From: Spirochaetaceae bacterium
Lineage (GTDB): Bacteria > Spirochaetota > Spirochaetia > DSM-2461
DNA: 64,000 nt
Reading direction: 5' to 3'
Assembly (NCBI GenBank): GCA_965224705.1
Contig: OZ245056.1
Span: 576,001-640,000, forward strand
In this document: piece by piece, positions 1 to 10,424 of the stretch
Numbering within the stretch: the stretch's first letter is position 1
Layout of the letters: every line of letters begins with the position of its first letter
Notes under the pieces: model-generated
What the model was told of the DNA's origin: nothing
The model's input: only the letters and a program-made list of their open reading frames with translations
The model's database searches: none
Program-made: the position numbers and the translations under genes

Positions 1-1078
1 AAAGAGTCATACCAATAGTAACAATATATCCACCACCTTTCATTCCCAGATTGAAGGCAGTTGTTGTAAGCTCCGCACCATTCTGACCATTGGACCAGGC
101 CCCTGTAAGAATAAGGACCAGACCTGTCATGGTACAGACAATCAGGGTATCAATAAAAGTTTGAGTCATGGATACCATTGCCTGAGTGAAGGGTAATTTC
201 GTCTTAGCTGCTGCTGCTGCAATAGGAGAACTGCCAAGACCTGACTCGTTGGAGAAAACACCACGAGCGACACCCATGCGGATGGTCAGCATCACTGCGG
301 CACCCGTAAAACCACCTGCAGCCGATGTGGGAGTAAATGCACTTTTAAATATAAGACCAAATGCGGCAGGTATTCCACCAATATTGCTCAGTATAATAAA
401 AAGAGATGCACCCATGTAGAAAACTATCATGATTGGTACAAAGAATGCGGTCACTCTTCCGATGGATTTGATACCACCCACAATGACCAGAGCAGTAAAA
501 ATCGTTAAAACAATGCCTGTAATATATGGAGGGACATTGAACGTTGCTTCAATGGCATCTGCAACTGAATTAGACTGAACCATATTGCCAATTCCAAATG
601 CAGCCACTGCAGCAAACACTGCAAAGACAGTCCCCAGCCACGGCATGTTAAGACCCTTTGAGATGTAATACATAGGGCCGCCACTCATTTCACCGTGCTC
701 ATCAGTCTCCCGGTATTTAACAGCAAGAACTGCTTCCCCATACTTTGTAGCCATACCAACAAGACCGGTCATCCACATCCAGAACATGGCTCCTGGTCCC
801 CCTATGGCTACTGCCGTAGCAACACCGGCTATGTTACCAGTACCAACTGTTGCTGCAAGAGCTGTCATCAATGCCTGAAAGTGAGTAATATCACCCTCTT
901 TGTCACTGTCTTTTTTTCGCTTGAAAAGAGCAAGATTCAGTGCATACCCCAGCTTTGTGAACTGCAGGCCTCGTAGAGCGAAAGTGAGCCAAAAACCAGT
1001 TCCAACCAGTAAAATCAACATGGGCGGCCCCCATGCGAAGGAACCAATCTTCCCGATAATCGCATCCAATCTATCCAT
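1..1078 (-). CDS. Sodium:alanine/glycine symporter (AGCS family), runs off the window edge
   Basis: ATG at 1078 with GGAGGA upstream. Reads [19 protein letters not shown]... with AGCS motifs [25 protein letters not shown] and [12 protein letters not shown]. Lies downstream of ald. Confidence 0.9.
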   Translation of the reverse strand, partial: MDRLDAIIGKIGSFAWGPPMLILLVGTGFWLTFALRGLQFTKLGYALNLALFKRKKDSDKEGDITHFQALMTALAATVGTGNIAGVATAVAIGGPGAMFWMWMTGLVGMATKYGEAVLAVKYRETDEHGEMSGGPMYYISKGLNMPWLGTVFAVFAAVAAFGIGNMVQSNSVADAIEATFNVPPYITGIVLTIFTALVIVGGIKSIGRVTAFFVPIMIVFYMGASLFIILSNIGGIPAAFGLIFKSAFTPTSAAGGFTGAAVMLTIRMGVARGVFSNESGLGSSPIAAAAAKTKLPFTQAMVSMTQTFIDTLIVCTMTGLVLILTGAWSNGQNGAELTTTAFNLGMKGGGYIVTIGMTL

Positions 1079-1165
1079 ACTTAATCCTCCATTTGTAAGC
1101 TGTAAGCTTACTTAAAATCTAATAATATATAAAACGCAATGTTTGCACAACGATATAGAAACACA

Positions 1166-2278
1166 CTATATCAGCTCGACAGCTGGTGTGTATTCGAGTC
1201 CGAATGCATCTGCGACACCTGAATACGTCACTTTCCCCTGTATCACATTGAGACCCTCAAGAACACCAGGATCATCTTTAGCACATTGTTTCCAGCCCTT
1301 GTTGGCCAATGCAACTGCATACGGCAATGTCGCATTGGTAAGTGCCATGGTCGATGTGAGCGGAACGGCACCAGGCATGTTGGCGACACAGTAGTGGATA
1401 ACTCCTTCTTCTTCAAAAACTGGATCAAGGTGGGTGGTTGGCCGGGATGTTTCAAAACACCCCCCCTGGTCAATAGCAACATCGACAATCACCGCTCCGG
1501 GTTTCATTGTTCGCAGAATTGGCCGGGTAATGAGTTTCGGTGCCCTGGCTCCGTGAAGCAGAACAGCTCCGATAACCGCATCAGCTTTCTCCGCCAGTTC
1601 CCTCACCTTTGATGGAGAAGACATCACAGGGAAACAATTCTTCGGCATTGTATCGGACAGAGATCTCAGTCTTGGTAACGATGTGTCCAGCAAATAGACT
1701 TTTGCCCCTAAACCACAAGCCATTTGAGCGGCATGTGAGCCAACGACACCACCTCCAAGCACGAGAACTGTAGCACTGTCCACTCCCGGTACTCCTCCAA
1801 GAAGCAGACCTCGCCCGCCTTGAGCTCTTTCCAGATACTTAGCTGCCTGTTGGACAGCCATTCTACCTGCGACTTCACTCATGGGAGTCAGTAACGGCAA
1901 AGTCCCTTCTTTGTCCACAATGGTTTCGTAGGCAATGCAAACAGCTTTGCGATCCATCATAGCTCTGGTTAACTTCTCAGCGGCAGCAAAGTGAAAGTAA
2001 GTAAACACCATTTGATTTTCACGGATCCATTCATATTCCCCAGGCTGCGGCTCTTTCACATGCATAACCATATCGGACTTTGCATAAATCTCTGCAGGAG
2101 TATCAATGATTTCTGCTCCTGTAGCAGTGTACATCTCATCGGGGAATCCACTGCCCTTACCGGCAGATTTCTCGACCAGTACTTGATGACCATTATGCGC
2201 CATTATCTCAGTGCCGATCGGGGTCATACTGACTCTGTTCTCTTCAGATTTGATTTCCTTCAAAATGCCAACGATCAT
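1166..2278 (-). CDS. ald: Alanine dehydrogenase
   Basis: KEIKSEENRV, VKEP, PMSEVAGRM, DVAIDQGG and YCVANMPGAVP motifs; 370 aa. Confidence 0.97.
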   Translation of the reverse strand: MIVGILKEIKSEENRVSMTPIGTEIMAHNGHQVLVEKSAGKGSGFPDEMYTATGAEIIDTPAEIYAKSDMVMHVKEPQPGEYEWIRENQMVFTYFHFAAAEKLTRAMMDRKAVCIAYETIVDKEGTLPLLTPMSEVAGRMAVQQAAKYLERAQGGRGLLLGGVPGVDSATVLVLGGGVVGSHAAQMACGLGAKVYLLDTSLPRLRSLSDTMPKNCFPVMSSPSKVRELAEKADAVIGAVLLHGARAPKLITRPILRTMKPGAVIVDVAIDQGGCFETSRPTTHLDPVFEEEGVIHYCVANMPGAVPLTSTMALTNATLPYAVALANKGWKQCAKDDPGVLEGLNVIQGKVTYSGVADAFGLEYTPAVELI

Positions 2279-2421
2279 GGACCAACCTCTCTTTGTGGTC
2301 TCTAACTACCACTGATGCCATTTATACCATAAATCTAACCTTTTTTATATGAAATAATATTGCATCTTTTAGCAGGAAAAACTATCATTTTGAAAGATGA
2401 TTTCTGTCTCCAGGGAAATGC

Positions 2422-2910
2422 ATGCAGAAAACACATAAGTATCATTTGGATGAAATCGATAAGGCCATATTATCGGCACTTCAACAGAATTGTCACTTAT
2501 CAAATGTTGAACTTGCCCGAAAAGTACACCTGTCAGAATCAGCATGTCTTCGAAGGGTAAAACTCATTGAGGCAAGTGGTATAATCGACCAGTTTGCTCT
2601 ACTGCTTAAACCTGCTGTGGCCGGTATTCATGACACAGTTTTCGTGCGCATAACACTGGAAAGCCAGCAGCAGGAAAGACTCCAGGCCTTTGAGGATGCT
2701 GTTAAAAAAATAGAAGAAGTGATGGAATGCTATTTAATGTCTGGTCAATACGATTATATGCTGAAAATCCTGTGCACAGACAATGACGATTATAAACGAA
2801 TACACCATCGACTAACCGGTCTGCCTGGAGTTAACAGGATTCTTTCTTCATTTGTCCTGCACAAAGTCATAAAAAAAACTGAGATTCCAGTACATGCTGA
2901 TTCCATATGA
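2422..2910 (+). CDS. Lrp/AsnC family regulator (AldR-like), divergent from ald
   Basis: LDEIDKAIL...SNVELARKVHLSESACLRRVK helix-turn-helix plus ECYLMSGQYDY RAM domain. Confidence 0.92.
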   Translation: MQKTHKYHLDEIDKAILSALQQNCHLSNVELARKVHLSESACLRRVKLIEASGIIDQFALLLKPAVAGIHDTVFVRITLESQQQERLQAFEDAVKKIEEVMECYLMSGQYDYMLKILCTDNDDYKRIHHRLTGLPGVNRILSSFVLHKVIKKTEIPVHADSI

Positions 2911-2924
2911 AGACAGATTTGATC

Positions 2925-3719
2925 CTAACGCTTGATAATCAAGGTAATTCCAAGAACCAGAGCTCCCGCCAGGGCAGTTGTTGCTCCTGCCGGTAGATCA
3001 GTTGCCAGTGAAGTGACAAACCCTGTCAGTCCTAAACCGATCCCTGTGAAAACAGAACGTTTATAGAGTCCTGCCAGGCTCCGTGTTCCTATGGAACCGA
3101 TAATCACTGGAACTAAAAGAAGGGCATCCAGGAGCAGCGCACCAATAATCTTCATAGCAAGGGCTATGATTAAGCCAATTAGAACAAGAAGAATCCTCAT
3201 CATCCATGTGTCATTAACCCCGGCGGTGAAGGCGGCATCCCTGTCAAAGATAACGGCCTGTATCTGCAGGTGAAAAACACGAGAAAAAACAGCCAGTCCA
3301 GTGCAGAACAAAATGATGGAAACAGCCTCAATTGAAGAAATCGCAAAGAGACTACCCCATAGAAGGCTCAGGGTATTCTGAGCGGATACCTTTGCACCGT
3401 AGATGAGGGCCATGGCTCCTCCCAGACTGGCGGTCATCAGGAAAATGGTAACCTGGCCTGCATCCAGACGACCTTGATTTGCCATTAAATCGGCAAGAGC
3501 GATGAGGATGAAAACAGTAATTATCAATACCGGGAGTTGTGACAGACTGAAGGCAAGGGCAATGGCTCCGCCCAGAAGACTGCCATGCATGAGCATGAAC
3601 CTGTACGGCAGAAGATTCAAACGTAAAACCCAGACCCCTGTGACAGGAAGAAGGGCTGACAGGGTTAATAAAACGATAAAACCCCTGATAATTGGCGGAT
3701 AGCTCAGCAGGTACAGCAC
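2925..3719 (-). CDS. Metal (Zn/Mn) ABC transporter permease, ZnuB-like
   Basis: Hydrophobic throughout; H-GSLLGGA, LWGSLF and IIGALLLDALLLVP motifs of ABC-3 permeases. Confidence 0.85.
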   Translation of the reverse strand: MLYLLSYPPIIRGFIVLLTLSALLPVTGVWVLRLNLLPYRFMLMHGSLLGGAIALAFSLSQLPVLIITVFILIALADLMANQGRLDAGQVTIFLMTASLGGAMALIYGAKVSAQNTLSLLWGSLFAISSIEAVSIILFCTGLAVFSRVFHLQIQAVIFDRDAAFTAGVNDTWMMRILLVLIGLIIALAMKIIGALLLDALLLVPVIIGSIGTRSLAGLYKRSVFTGIGLGLTGFVTSLATDLPAGATTALAGALVLGITLIIKR

Positions 3720-4414
3720 AGTCTTCCTCCCTCGAGGTGGTATTCTCTCCAGTCCGGGAACATATTTCCGGTATGAGTAACAATGATGATGGAAAGACCC
3801 GATTTCACCAAACTCTGTAACAGATCCACAAAATGGATTCGGGATTCTTTATCCAGAAAAGCTGTCGGCTCATCCAGAAGAAGCAGGCTTGCTCCCTGTA
3901 CCAGGCATCTGGCTAAGAGAACTTTTTGCCTCTGCCCAGCCGAGAGGTGGTGAAAACAATGTGTGTCGAGGTGGGCTGTACCGGATATAGACAGGGCCTG
4001 TTCAATGGTTCTCTTCTTCTGTTGGCAGCTCATGCGGCGGCTGGCCAATCCTGTCGCAACGACTTCCTGCGCAGAAATTGGAAATCGATGAAGTACTCCC
4101 TCCTGTGGCACCCATGCAGCAGTTCTACGGATTTTTCGCCAGTCCGAGCTGCCAACCCTGTATCCGTTAATCTCAATGCTGCCGGATGCAATGGGTAAAA
4201 GACCAAGAACAGCCAGGAGGAGAGAGGATTTACCTGTACCGTTCGCACCGTGTATCTCCACCAGTTCCTGTTCTGCTACAGTAAGACTGAGTTTGTTGAG
4301 AATTGTTTGACCGCTCCGAACCAGAGAGATTTGATCTATGTTCAGCAATGTGGTTTGCACAATTTCCATCCTTATGATCTTCTTATGCATAATAGCTGAC
4401 GATTCAACCTGCAC
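3704..4414 (-). CDS. Metal ABC transporter ATP-binding protein, ZnuC-like (true start may be 4369)
   Basis: Walker A GANGTGKS, WVPQ, signature LSAGQRQK, Walker B LLLLDEP; overlaps the permease. Confidence 0.88.
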   Translation of the reverse strand: MQVESSAIMHKKIIRMEIVQTTLLNIDQISLVRSGQTILNKLSLTVAEQELVEIHGANGTGKSSLLLAVLGLLPIASGSIEINGYRVGSSDWRKIRRTAAWVPQEGVLHRFPISAQEVVATGLASRRMSCQQKKRTIEQALSISGTAHLDTHCFHHLSAGQRQKVLLARCLVQGASLLLLDEPTAFLDKESRIHFVDLLQSLVKSGLSIIIVTHTGNMFPDWREYHLEGGRLCCTC

Positions 4415-4549
4415 TCCAGAGTATCATAACTATTGAAACTACCACACTGAAAACTGGACTGTGGAGAGATTTATCACCAGAGTTCTGATTTAAGATGGAA
4501 CTGTACAGGCATTCTCTTTTTTCAGCCCATTCTGCTACTGGAAAGAGGC

Positions 4550-5629
4550 ATGAATATTGTGGACAATATCTGCATGATTACGGCAACAGGGAAATGGCTC
4601 CGATACAGCCGTATCAATTTACTGATCTGGATTTGCATCTCTGCTTCAGCGGCTGTCAATGCACAAACCCCTGCAGTATCGCCTGTACCAAAAGAAGTGT
4701 TGGGAGCAGCCAGTACCGGCCTGCACCTGTATCCTCTGGGATGGTCTTCGGAAGGCCGCTGGGGAGCTCTTATTGGCCGAGAAGAAAAAATCCAGGTCGT
4801 AATAATTGATACCGTAACAGATGATATCCTTTTTGAATCCCGATCAGTATCATGGTCAGGGCCGAAAACCATCAACCAATTCTGGAAAGCTCGTTCGTCC
4901 GAGATTCGGACAATTTTGAAATCTTACGGAATTGAGTCCAGCCGGATAACAGATACCAGGGAAGCAGAGTTCATTACCGGCGGTGTGAAGTACGCATTCA
5001 AAATGAATCCGCCATCTCCAGCCAGCGGTCATTATGCTGTGGAGATTTCTTCTTCAAGAGGAGATAAAAAGACAGTCTACTCCAGCCGGGATAAATCCCC
5101 ACCAGACCGCACCAGACTTGCTGCAGCGGTTTTAAGTCCCTTTGAGGAACGGGCCCTGGCCGTACTTATCGAGCAAAATGAATCTGAAAAGAAACTCAGT
5201 TACCGCTTCATCGGTGCTCACCTTACTCTGGGATTTGCCAGTACACAGAACAAAACCACCCCTGTCTCAAAAACTCCCCCCGGTAATTTGCTCACTGCTG
5301 TTTTTAACGGCCAGGCATATCTTGTCAAATCACGGTTAAAATCCGGAGCTGATCCAGACATCAAGGATAATCGAGGGTATTCGGTAGTTTTAATAGCCGC
5401 ACGATTGGGCTATTGGCCGATTCTTGTTGACCTTCTTCAAGCTGGAGCATATCCTGATGCTATCGATAACACAGGGCGAAGTGCTCTTCATTATGCGGCT
5501 TTTGCTGGCAGTATTGAGGCTGTTCAGGCTTTACTTCATGCCAAAGCAAATACAAATCGGCGGGACAAGGCCGGGCAAACACCTGGCAGCCTTGCTGCCG
5601 ACAAGACAGTACAACAGATTTTACGTTAG
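4550..5629 (+). CDS. Exported protein with C-terminal ankyrin repeats
   Basis: Hydrophobic signal-like segment ending AVNA; repeats GADPDIKDNRGYS, GAYPDAIDNTGRSALHYAA and ANTNRRDKAGQTP. Confidence 0.8.
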   Translation: MNIVDNICMITATGKWLRYSRINLLIWICISASAAVNAQTPAVSPVPKEVLGAASTGLHLYPLGWSSEGRWGALIGREEKIQVVIIDTVTDDILFESRSVSWSGPKTINQFWKARSSEIRTILKSYGIESSRITDTREAEFITGGVKYAFKMNPPSPASGHYAVEISSSRGDKKTVYSSRDKSPPDRTRLAAAVLSPFEERALAVLIEQNESEKKLSYRFIGAHLTLGFASTQNKTTPVSKTPPGNLLTAVFNGQAYLVKSRLKSGADPDIKDNRGYSVVLIAARLGYWPILVDLLQAGAYPDAIDNTGRSALHYAAFAGSIEAVQALLHAKANTNRRDKAGQTPGSLAADKTVQQILR

Positions 5630-5637
5630 TATGTTAT

Positions 5638-6177
5638 ATGATTTATACTTTTAACAACCATACTCCAGAATTTGACAGCGAAAAAATTTTTGTTGCTCCA
5701 AGTGCCGATATCATCGGGCATGTGAGTTTGGCCGAGAACACAAGCGTATGGTTCAATGCCACCTTGAGAGGTGACCTGGAACCTGTTAGAGTGGGAAAAG
5801 GAAGCAATGTGCAGGACTGCTGTACTGTACATACTGATGAAGGATTTCCTGTCATCATTGGGGAAAACGTGACAATAGGTCATAACTCTGTGATTCATGG
5901 CTGTGAAATTGGCAGCGGAACCATGATTGGCATGGGTACTGTTATCCTCACAGGGGCAAAGATAGGCCGTAACTGTCTGATTGGAGCGGGATCCCTGGTA
6001 ACCGGCTCAATGAGTGTTCCCGATGGAATGCTTTTGCTGGGTTCACCAGCAAAGGTGATAAAACCTCTGGGAAAAAGAGACACCGCCAGCATCCTTGAAA
6101 ACTCCATGCATTATCTGCGTAGAAAAGATGAATACCTTAAACAGGGTATTGGACATGTTGATTCTACCTACTTATGA
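5638..6177 (+). CDS. Gamma carbonic anhydrase family protein (hexapeptide repeat)
   Basis: LRGD, NVQD, VTIGH and IHGC motifs. Confidence 0.92.
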   Translation: MIYTFNNHTPEFDSEKIFVAPSADIIGHVSLAENTSVWFNATLRGDLEPVRVGKGSNVQDCCTVHTDEGFPVIIGENVTIGHNSVIHGCEIGSGTMIGMGTVILTGAKIGRNCLIGAGSLVTGSMSVPDGMLLLGSPAKVIKPLGKRDTASILENSMHYLRRKDEYLKQGIGHVDSTYL

Positions 6178-6273
6178 CAGGTGATGAATCGTATCATTAA
6201 CTGCCCGTTATTCTACTCGCCATATTTCTCTTATCTACTGAATATCTTAATGAGAATGATTTGGTTTTATTGA

Positions 6274-6324
6274 CTATAACGGTCCGCTGTTATGCGACGT
6301 TCCCATGCCGTAGGCCTGGCGTAG
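6274..6324 (-). other. attC-like right half-site (integron cassette recombination-site remnant)
   Basis: Minus strand reads ...GGAACGTCGCATAACAGCGGACCGTTATAG, matching the right arm of the 8043-8254 site (AAACTTCACATAACGGCTGATCGCTAAAT). Confidence 0.4.
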
Positions 6325-6416
6325 ATTTTACCGATTGATCAGCATTTTTTGTTTGCATACAACACTATACCTCAGCCGCAAGAATCCGCAAGATCTATGA
6401 CAGAGGCGAATGTGCC

Positions 6417-7982
6417 CTAAAATAGCTCCGTCTGGGTTTCATGTAAGGTAAGAAGTTTTTTAATCTTCCCTGGCTGAGCCCAATTCATCGTGCCTTCCAT
6501 TCTCAAAGACAACAAGTAGTCTTCGACCCATTTCTCAGACAATTCACTATGGATCGCTGCAGCCTGCTCTTGTGACCGACATGGTATGAAAGCCTGCAAA
6601 GATTGGTTAGCCTGCCATTCTCCACTGAAGATAACAGGATGGAATCTTTGCTTCCCATATGCCTGCCATACAATCTTTACCGAAAAGAAGTTATAGGGGC
6701 CGACACCAAGTAAAGCCCACCAGATTCCTTTGCGGATTGATGAATTTATCATTGCCCCTTTTCGATTCGATAGTTTCTTCTTAAACCGAGATAAGTAATC
6801 AAATAGATCAGGTACCTGGCAGATTTCATTCTCACTCAACGGTTTCCCATTTCTGTTGTATGGGAGCAAGACCCATTTTACTGGCTTGAAATCACCATCC
6901 TTGAAGTTCTCCTTGGTGATTAGAGGGTATACATACTTCTCCGGCAATTTATATTCATCGTTTACGATACAAGTTGACTCATCAACCTTTGTGTACGATG
7001 AGAAAAAGAAGACGTCATTCGCACCGCACGTATTAATACCCTGTCTAGGAGAAGACTCTTTAGCAGCACTGATCTTACGGATCTGATTTTGAAACCCTTT
7101 GGAATCAGATAGTATACTAAGAGGCGATTTGGGCCCAAGGAGAGGTTTCGAGAAGTAATCCTTCCAATTCTCGTCCTCAAGCACAGAGTATCTTATTGGA
7201 AAAACCGTTTTTTTGTTTCTCCTGAGGCCAAATAAACCGTACCGCGTTGATACGTTCTGGAATATCTCAGATTTATTGAAGTCAATTATTTTCTTAATCT
7301 GGTAGTCGACTCCGGAAATCGAGTATGTACGAAATTCTTCATTTGCTCCATCATTTAGGAATATTGATAAGGGTGTAAAGAATACTGCATCACCACCTTC
7401 TTCCAGACAATCCAGAACAGACTTGTTAATTACAAGTGCTGCAATGTCAATCCTCGCGCCACCAAGCAAGAGACTTTGTGCGTTATTTATCAAACCGTAT
7501 CTATGATAGTAGTCCTTCAGTTCTTCTTTATAGTTTTCCGGCAGGTCTACAAAATTTTGCCAGGGAGGATTTCCAAGGATAATGTCATAACGACGATCTT
7601 CGTACAGCATGAGATCAGAAAGAGCGAAATTATCGCTAAGGTCTATTCCATAGCAATTCTTGAATTTCTGAATTGCAGATTGATGGTATTCTTTGTTTTT
7701 CTCGCATCCATACAGATTGTAAATGGGGAGATAATTTATTTCGTATCCGCGTTCAAATCCTTCAGCAACAAATGATTCAAGAAGAGAGCCTTCTCCCATT
7801 GTAGGGTCGAAAACTGTCTTGCCGTTTAGCCAGGGTTCAAAAAGGTCGAACTCTCTTATTGCAAAGCGACCCCATTCAATAGGTGTAAAAACATCGCCAA
7901 TTTTAAGAGTGTTATCTAATAAATCGGAAGTTAGTGCAGTCATTTTTTCTTGAAGATTCTCAGATATTTCCTGGAAGTTCAT
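6417..7982 (-). CDS. N6-adenine DNA methyltransferase (gamma class, TaqI/Eco57I-like), no adjacent endonuclease
   Basis: Motif I FDPTMGEG precedes motif IV GNPPW; C-terminal TRD-like region; ATG at 7982 with GGAGA ribosome-binding site. Confidence 0.85.
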   Translation of the reverse strand: MNFQEISENLQEKMTALTSDLLDNTLKIGDVFTPIEWGRFAIREFDLFEPWLNGKTVFDPTMGEGSLLESFVAEGFERGYEINYLPIYNLYGCEKNKEYHQSAIQKFKNCYGIDLSDNFALSDLMLYEDRRYDIILGNPPWQNFVDLPENYKEELKDYYHRYGLINNAQSLLLGGARIDIAALVINKSVLDCLEEGGDAVFFTPLSIFLNDGANEEFRTYSISGVDYQIKKIIDFNKSEIFQNVSTRYGLFGLRRNKKTVFPIRYSVLEDENWKDYFSKPLLGPKSPLSILSDSKGFQNQIRKISAAKESSPRQGINTCGANDVFFFSSYTKVDESTCIVNDEYKLPEKYVYPLITKENFKDGDFKPVKWVLLPYNRNGKPLSENEICQVPDLFDYLSRFKKKLSNRKGAMINSSIRKGIWWALLGVGPYNFFSVKIVWQAYGKQRFHPVIFSGEWQANQSLQAFIPCRSQEQAAAIHSELSEKWVEDYLLSLRMEGTMNWAQPGKIKKLLTLHETQTELF

Positions 7983-8042
7983 ACATTTCTCCAGAACAGA
8001 ACCCAAATTATCTCATAGTTGACGTTTTATTGGCAGTCTTGC

Positions 8043-8254
8043 ATTTAGCGATCAGCCGTTATGTGAAGTTTCATGTCCGGCGCAGCCGGTTGGCATGCGC
8101 TCTTGCTCTTCTTCAGCAACAACTCGTTCGCATTTGATAGTATCACAATCTGAACCAGGACGTATCTGCAAGAGCCATAGCAAAGAGAAATTTGAACGTC
8201 CCCCGGAGGCAATAAGCATTGCTTAACGCCGCAGCGCATCAACAACTGTTAAAC
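8043..8254 (-). other. Long attC-like site upstream of the methyltransferase
   Basis: Minus strand GTTTAAC-AGTTG-TTGATGCG ... CACATAA-CGGCTGATC-GCTAAAT: RYYYAAC left end, complementary L boxes with an extra unpaired G, degenerate GTTRRRY right end. Confidence 0.5.
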
Positions 8255-8462
8255 AAAGAAGACCGTCGATAGAAAATATGGCTCTTCAGACTATTGTAAG
8301 AATCAAAAAATACCTGTGAATATCGCAATAAAGAACGGTTCAAAACTGCTATTCTCCTCCATTTTGGGGAGGATGCCCTGTCCCACATGATACCCGGAAG
8401 AGTCAGAATGTCTTGACAAAAGGGCCCACTTCAGCGATCAGTTAAAAACAAGGAGGTACAAC

Positions 8463-9272
8463 ATGAAAAAAAGAAAATTCTCAGTATTGACGATGTCTGG
8501 CCTATTCGTATTTACCGGCATCGTTTTAACAAGCATGGGCAAGCCGGAAGTTACGATAAAGTATGAAAATATAACCAAAAAGACACTGGATCTTTCGGAT
8601 TTCGACACTGTGCTGGCGAATTCCTTATGGAATATCGACATACAGCACTCTGAAGACTACAGTGTGGAACTTCAATATTCCTCGCATTTTGAGGAATACC
8701 TTGATATTCGTGTCACGCAGGGAAAGCTTATTTTTGAATTGAAGCCGCATAAAATTCGGAAATTGTTCAGCAATGATAAGCTCAAGGCCTATGTGACAAT
8801 GCCAGGCCTTGGCTCCGCAGCATTGAATGGTTCGGGAAATATCGATATGGAAGGTTTCGATGAGAACAGGATGGAAATTCTTCTTAGCGGTTCTGGCAGC
8901 ATATCGGCTGCTGACTGCCGGGTTCGGCAGCTAAACATGGATTTGAATGGCTCCGGGGATCTCCGCCTGGAGGAATTTACAGCAGACAATATGGAAGTTC
9001 GTGTCGATGGGTCCGGCAGTGTAAGGGCTTCCAATAGCCGGGTTCAGCAGATAGATGTGGGCATGAATGGCAGCGGAACGGTCAATTTTAAGGATCTTCT
9101 GGCGGTCAATGCGCGTGTTGATCTTGTCGGTTCCGGCGATATTTCATTAACAATGGACGGGGGCCGCCTGGAAGGAACGTTGAACGGAAGCGGAGAAATA
9201 GAATGGTACGGCACCGTGAGTGAGGAAAGTATTGAAAAAAGTGGTTCGGGCAGGGTCAAACGGGGAAATTGA
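8463..9272 (+). CDS. DUF2807 / GIN-head beta-helix exported protein
   Basis: Signal-like N-terminus, repeated (L/V)xGSG(D/S) units, AAGGAGG ribosome-binding site. Confidence 0.85.
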   Translation: MKKRKFSVLTMSGLFVFTGIVLTSMGKPEVTIKYENITKKTLDLSDFDTVLANSLWNIDIQHSEDYSVELQYSSHFEEYLDIRVTQGKLIFELKPHKIRKLFSNDKLKAYVTMPGLGSAALNGSGNIDMEGFDENRMEILLSGSGSISAADCRVRQLNMDLNGSGDLRLEEFTADNMEVRVDGSGSVRASNSRVQQIDVGMNGSGTVNFKDLLAVNARVDLVGSGDISLTMDGGRLEGTLNGSGEIEWYGTVSEESIEKSGSGRVKRGN

Positions 9273-9545
9273 TATGTTCCAGACTGACGTGTGTCCGCGT
9301 AGATACTGTATCTTTGCAGCTTAGCGGACACCTGTCCCCTAACCCAACGGTCAAACTACAAAATCAATAGTGAAAAAAAGACTCATGACTGTCTCAGAGG
9401 AAACTTAGAATACTGAATTTGGGTTAAGAATTGCTGTCTTTTCATCATTTTATGGTTTTTCACAGGCTGTGAGGGGATAGTGTTTTCTGTGTGAATGGTA
9501 GAGGGGAAACCTCCGAGAAGTGGACAGTTAACTCGACAATTTACC

Positions 9546-10025
9546 CTACTTATGATAGGTTTCTCCAAACCTTATTTTTTCAGCTCTGTATAGCTGTTCC
9601 AGTAGAATAACCCTGAAGAGCTGATGGGGAAATGTTACGGATCCAAAAGAAACAATCTGATGGCACCGGTTATAAACCTCCGGGGAGAGTCCATTGGAAC
9701 CACCAATGAAAAAGGTTATGTGATGTTGACCTTGATTGGCTTTTCTATCCATGAAAGCAGCTAATTCTTCAGATTTCATGCATTCTCCATGTGGTGAAAG
9801 GGCAATACCCTGAGTTCTTTCAGGCCAATTCGCCAGAAGGCGATGTCCCTCCTTTACAAGAGCCTGATTGAGTTCCCCTGGAGAGTAGTTCGACGGAATT
9901 CTCTCCATGGATATCTCAATGATATCAACACGTCCAAAGCGTTGAAGTCGCTTTCTGTATTCATTGACACCTTCGATGAGCCATTTATCTTTGATCTTTC
10001 CAACGGCGAGAACGCTGATACGCAT
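9546..10025 (-). CDS. rlmH: 23S rRNA (pseudouridine1915-N3)-methyltransferase
   Basis: AVGKIK, FFIGGSNG and TFPHQLFRVILLEQLYRA...YHK. Confidence 0.96.
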   Translation of the reverse strand: MRISVLAVGKIKDKWLIEGVNEYRKRLQRFGRVDIIEISMERIPSNYSPGELNQALVKEGHRLLANWPERTQGIALSPHGECMKSEELAAFMDRKANQGQHHITFFIGGSNGLSPEVYNRCHQIVSFGSVTFPHQLFRVILLEQLYRAEKIRFGETYHK

Positions 10026-10090
10026 GCAGCGATTCTATATTCAGGACATTATTTTGTCAGGCACACAGGATCTTTTTTGTAAACCAATAC

Positions 10091-10313
10091 AGTGTCAGGA
10101 AGCCTGTTGAATGAAACAAGTGCTTTCATCAAAAGAATTAATACATTGTGGAACAGAATTTACAAAACATCCTGCCGGAGAGTCTTTTCATCATTCCAGA
10201 TGAGTAATTCGCTGAATCACAGCTATCAATGAGTATTGAACGACTATATTGGGCAAGGATCCTCATCTAACCGAATTCAAATGAAACCAGGCTATAACAA
10301 GCTTTCCGACACT
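10091..10313. mobile_element. Family B miniature inverted-repeat element (223 bp)
   Basis: Ends AGTGTCAGGAAGCCTGT and ACAAGCTTTCCGACACT, the same termini as the elements at 25000, 33007, 52333 and 56659. Confidence 0.75.
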
Positions 10314-10424
10314 ATACAAATTGAATGAAAATCTCCCGGGTGAAAGATCAAATCAGGTAAAATTATGCCATTGCAATGTTGGATTCAGCTTGCATTCACA
10401 GCCTTCGAAGGTCATACTGAGAGG

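Noticed and set aside
10087..10317. ATAC flanks as the family B target duplication
   Set aside because: No equivalent duplication at the other four complete B elements, so probably chance.
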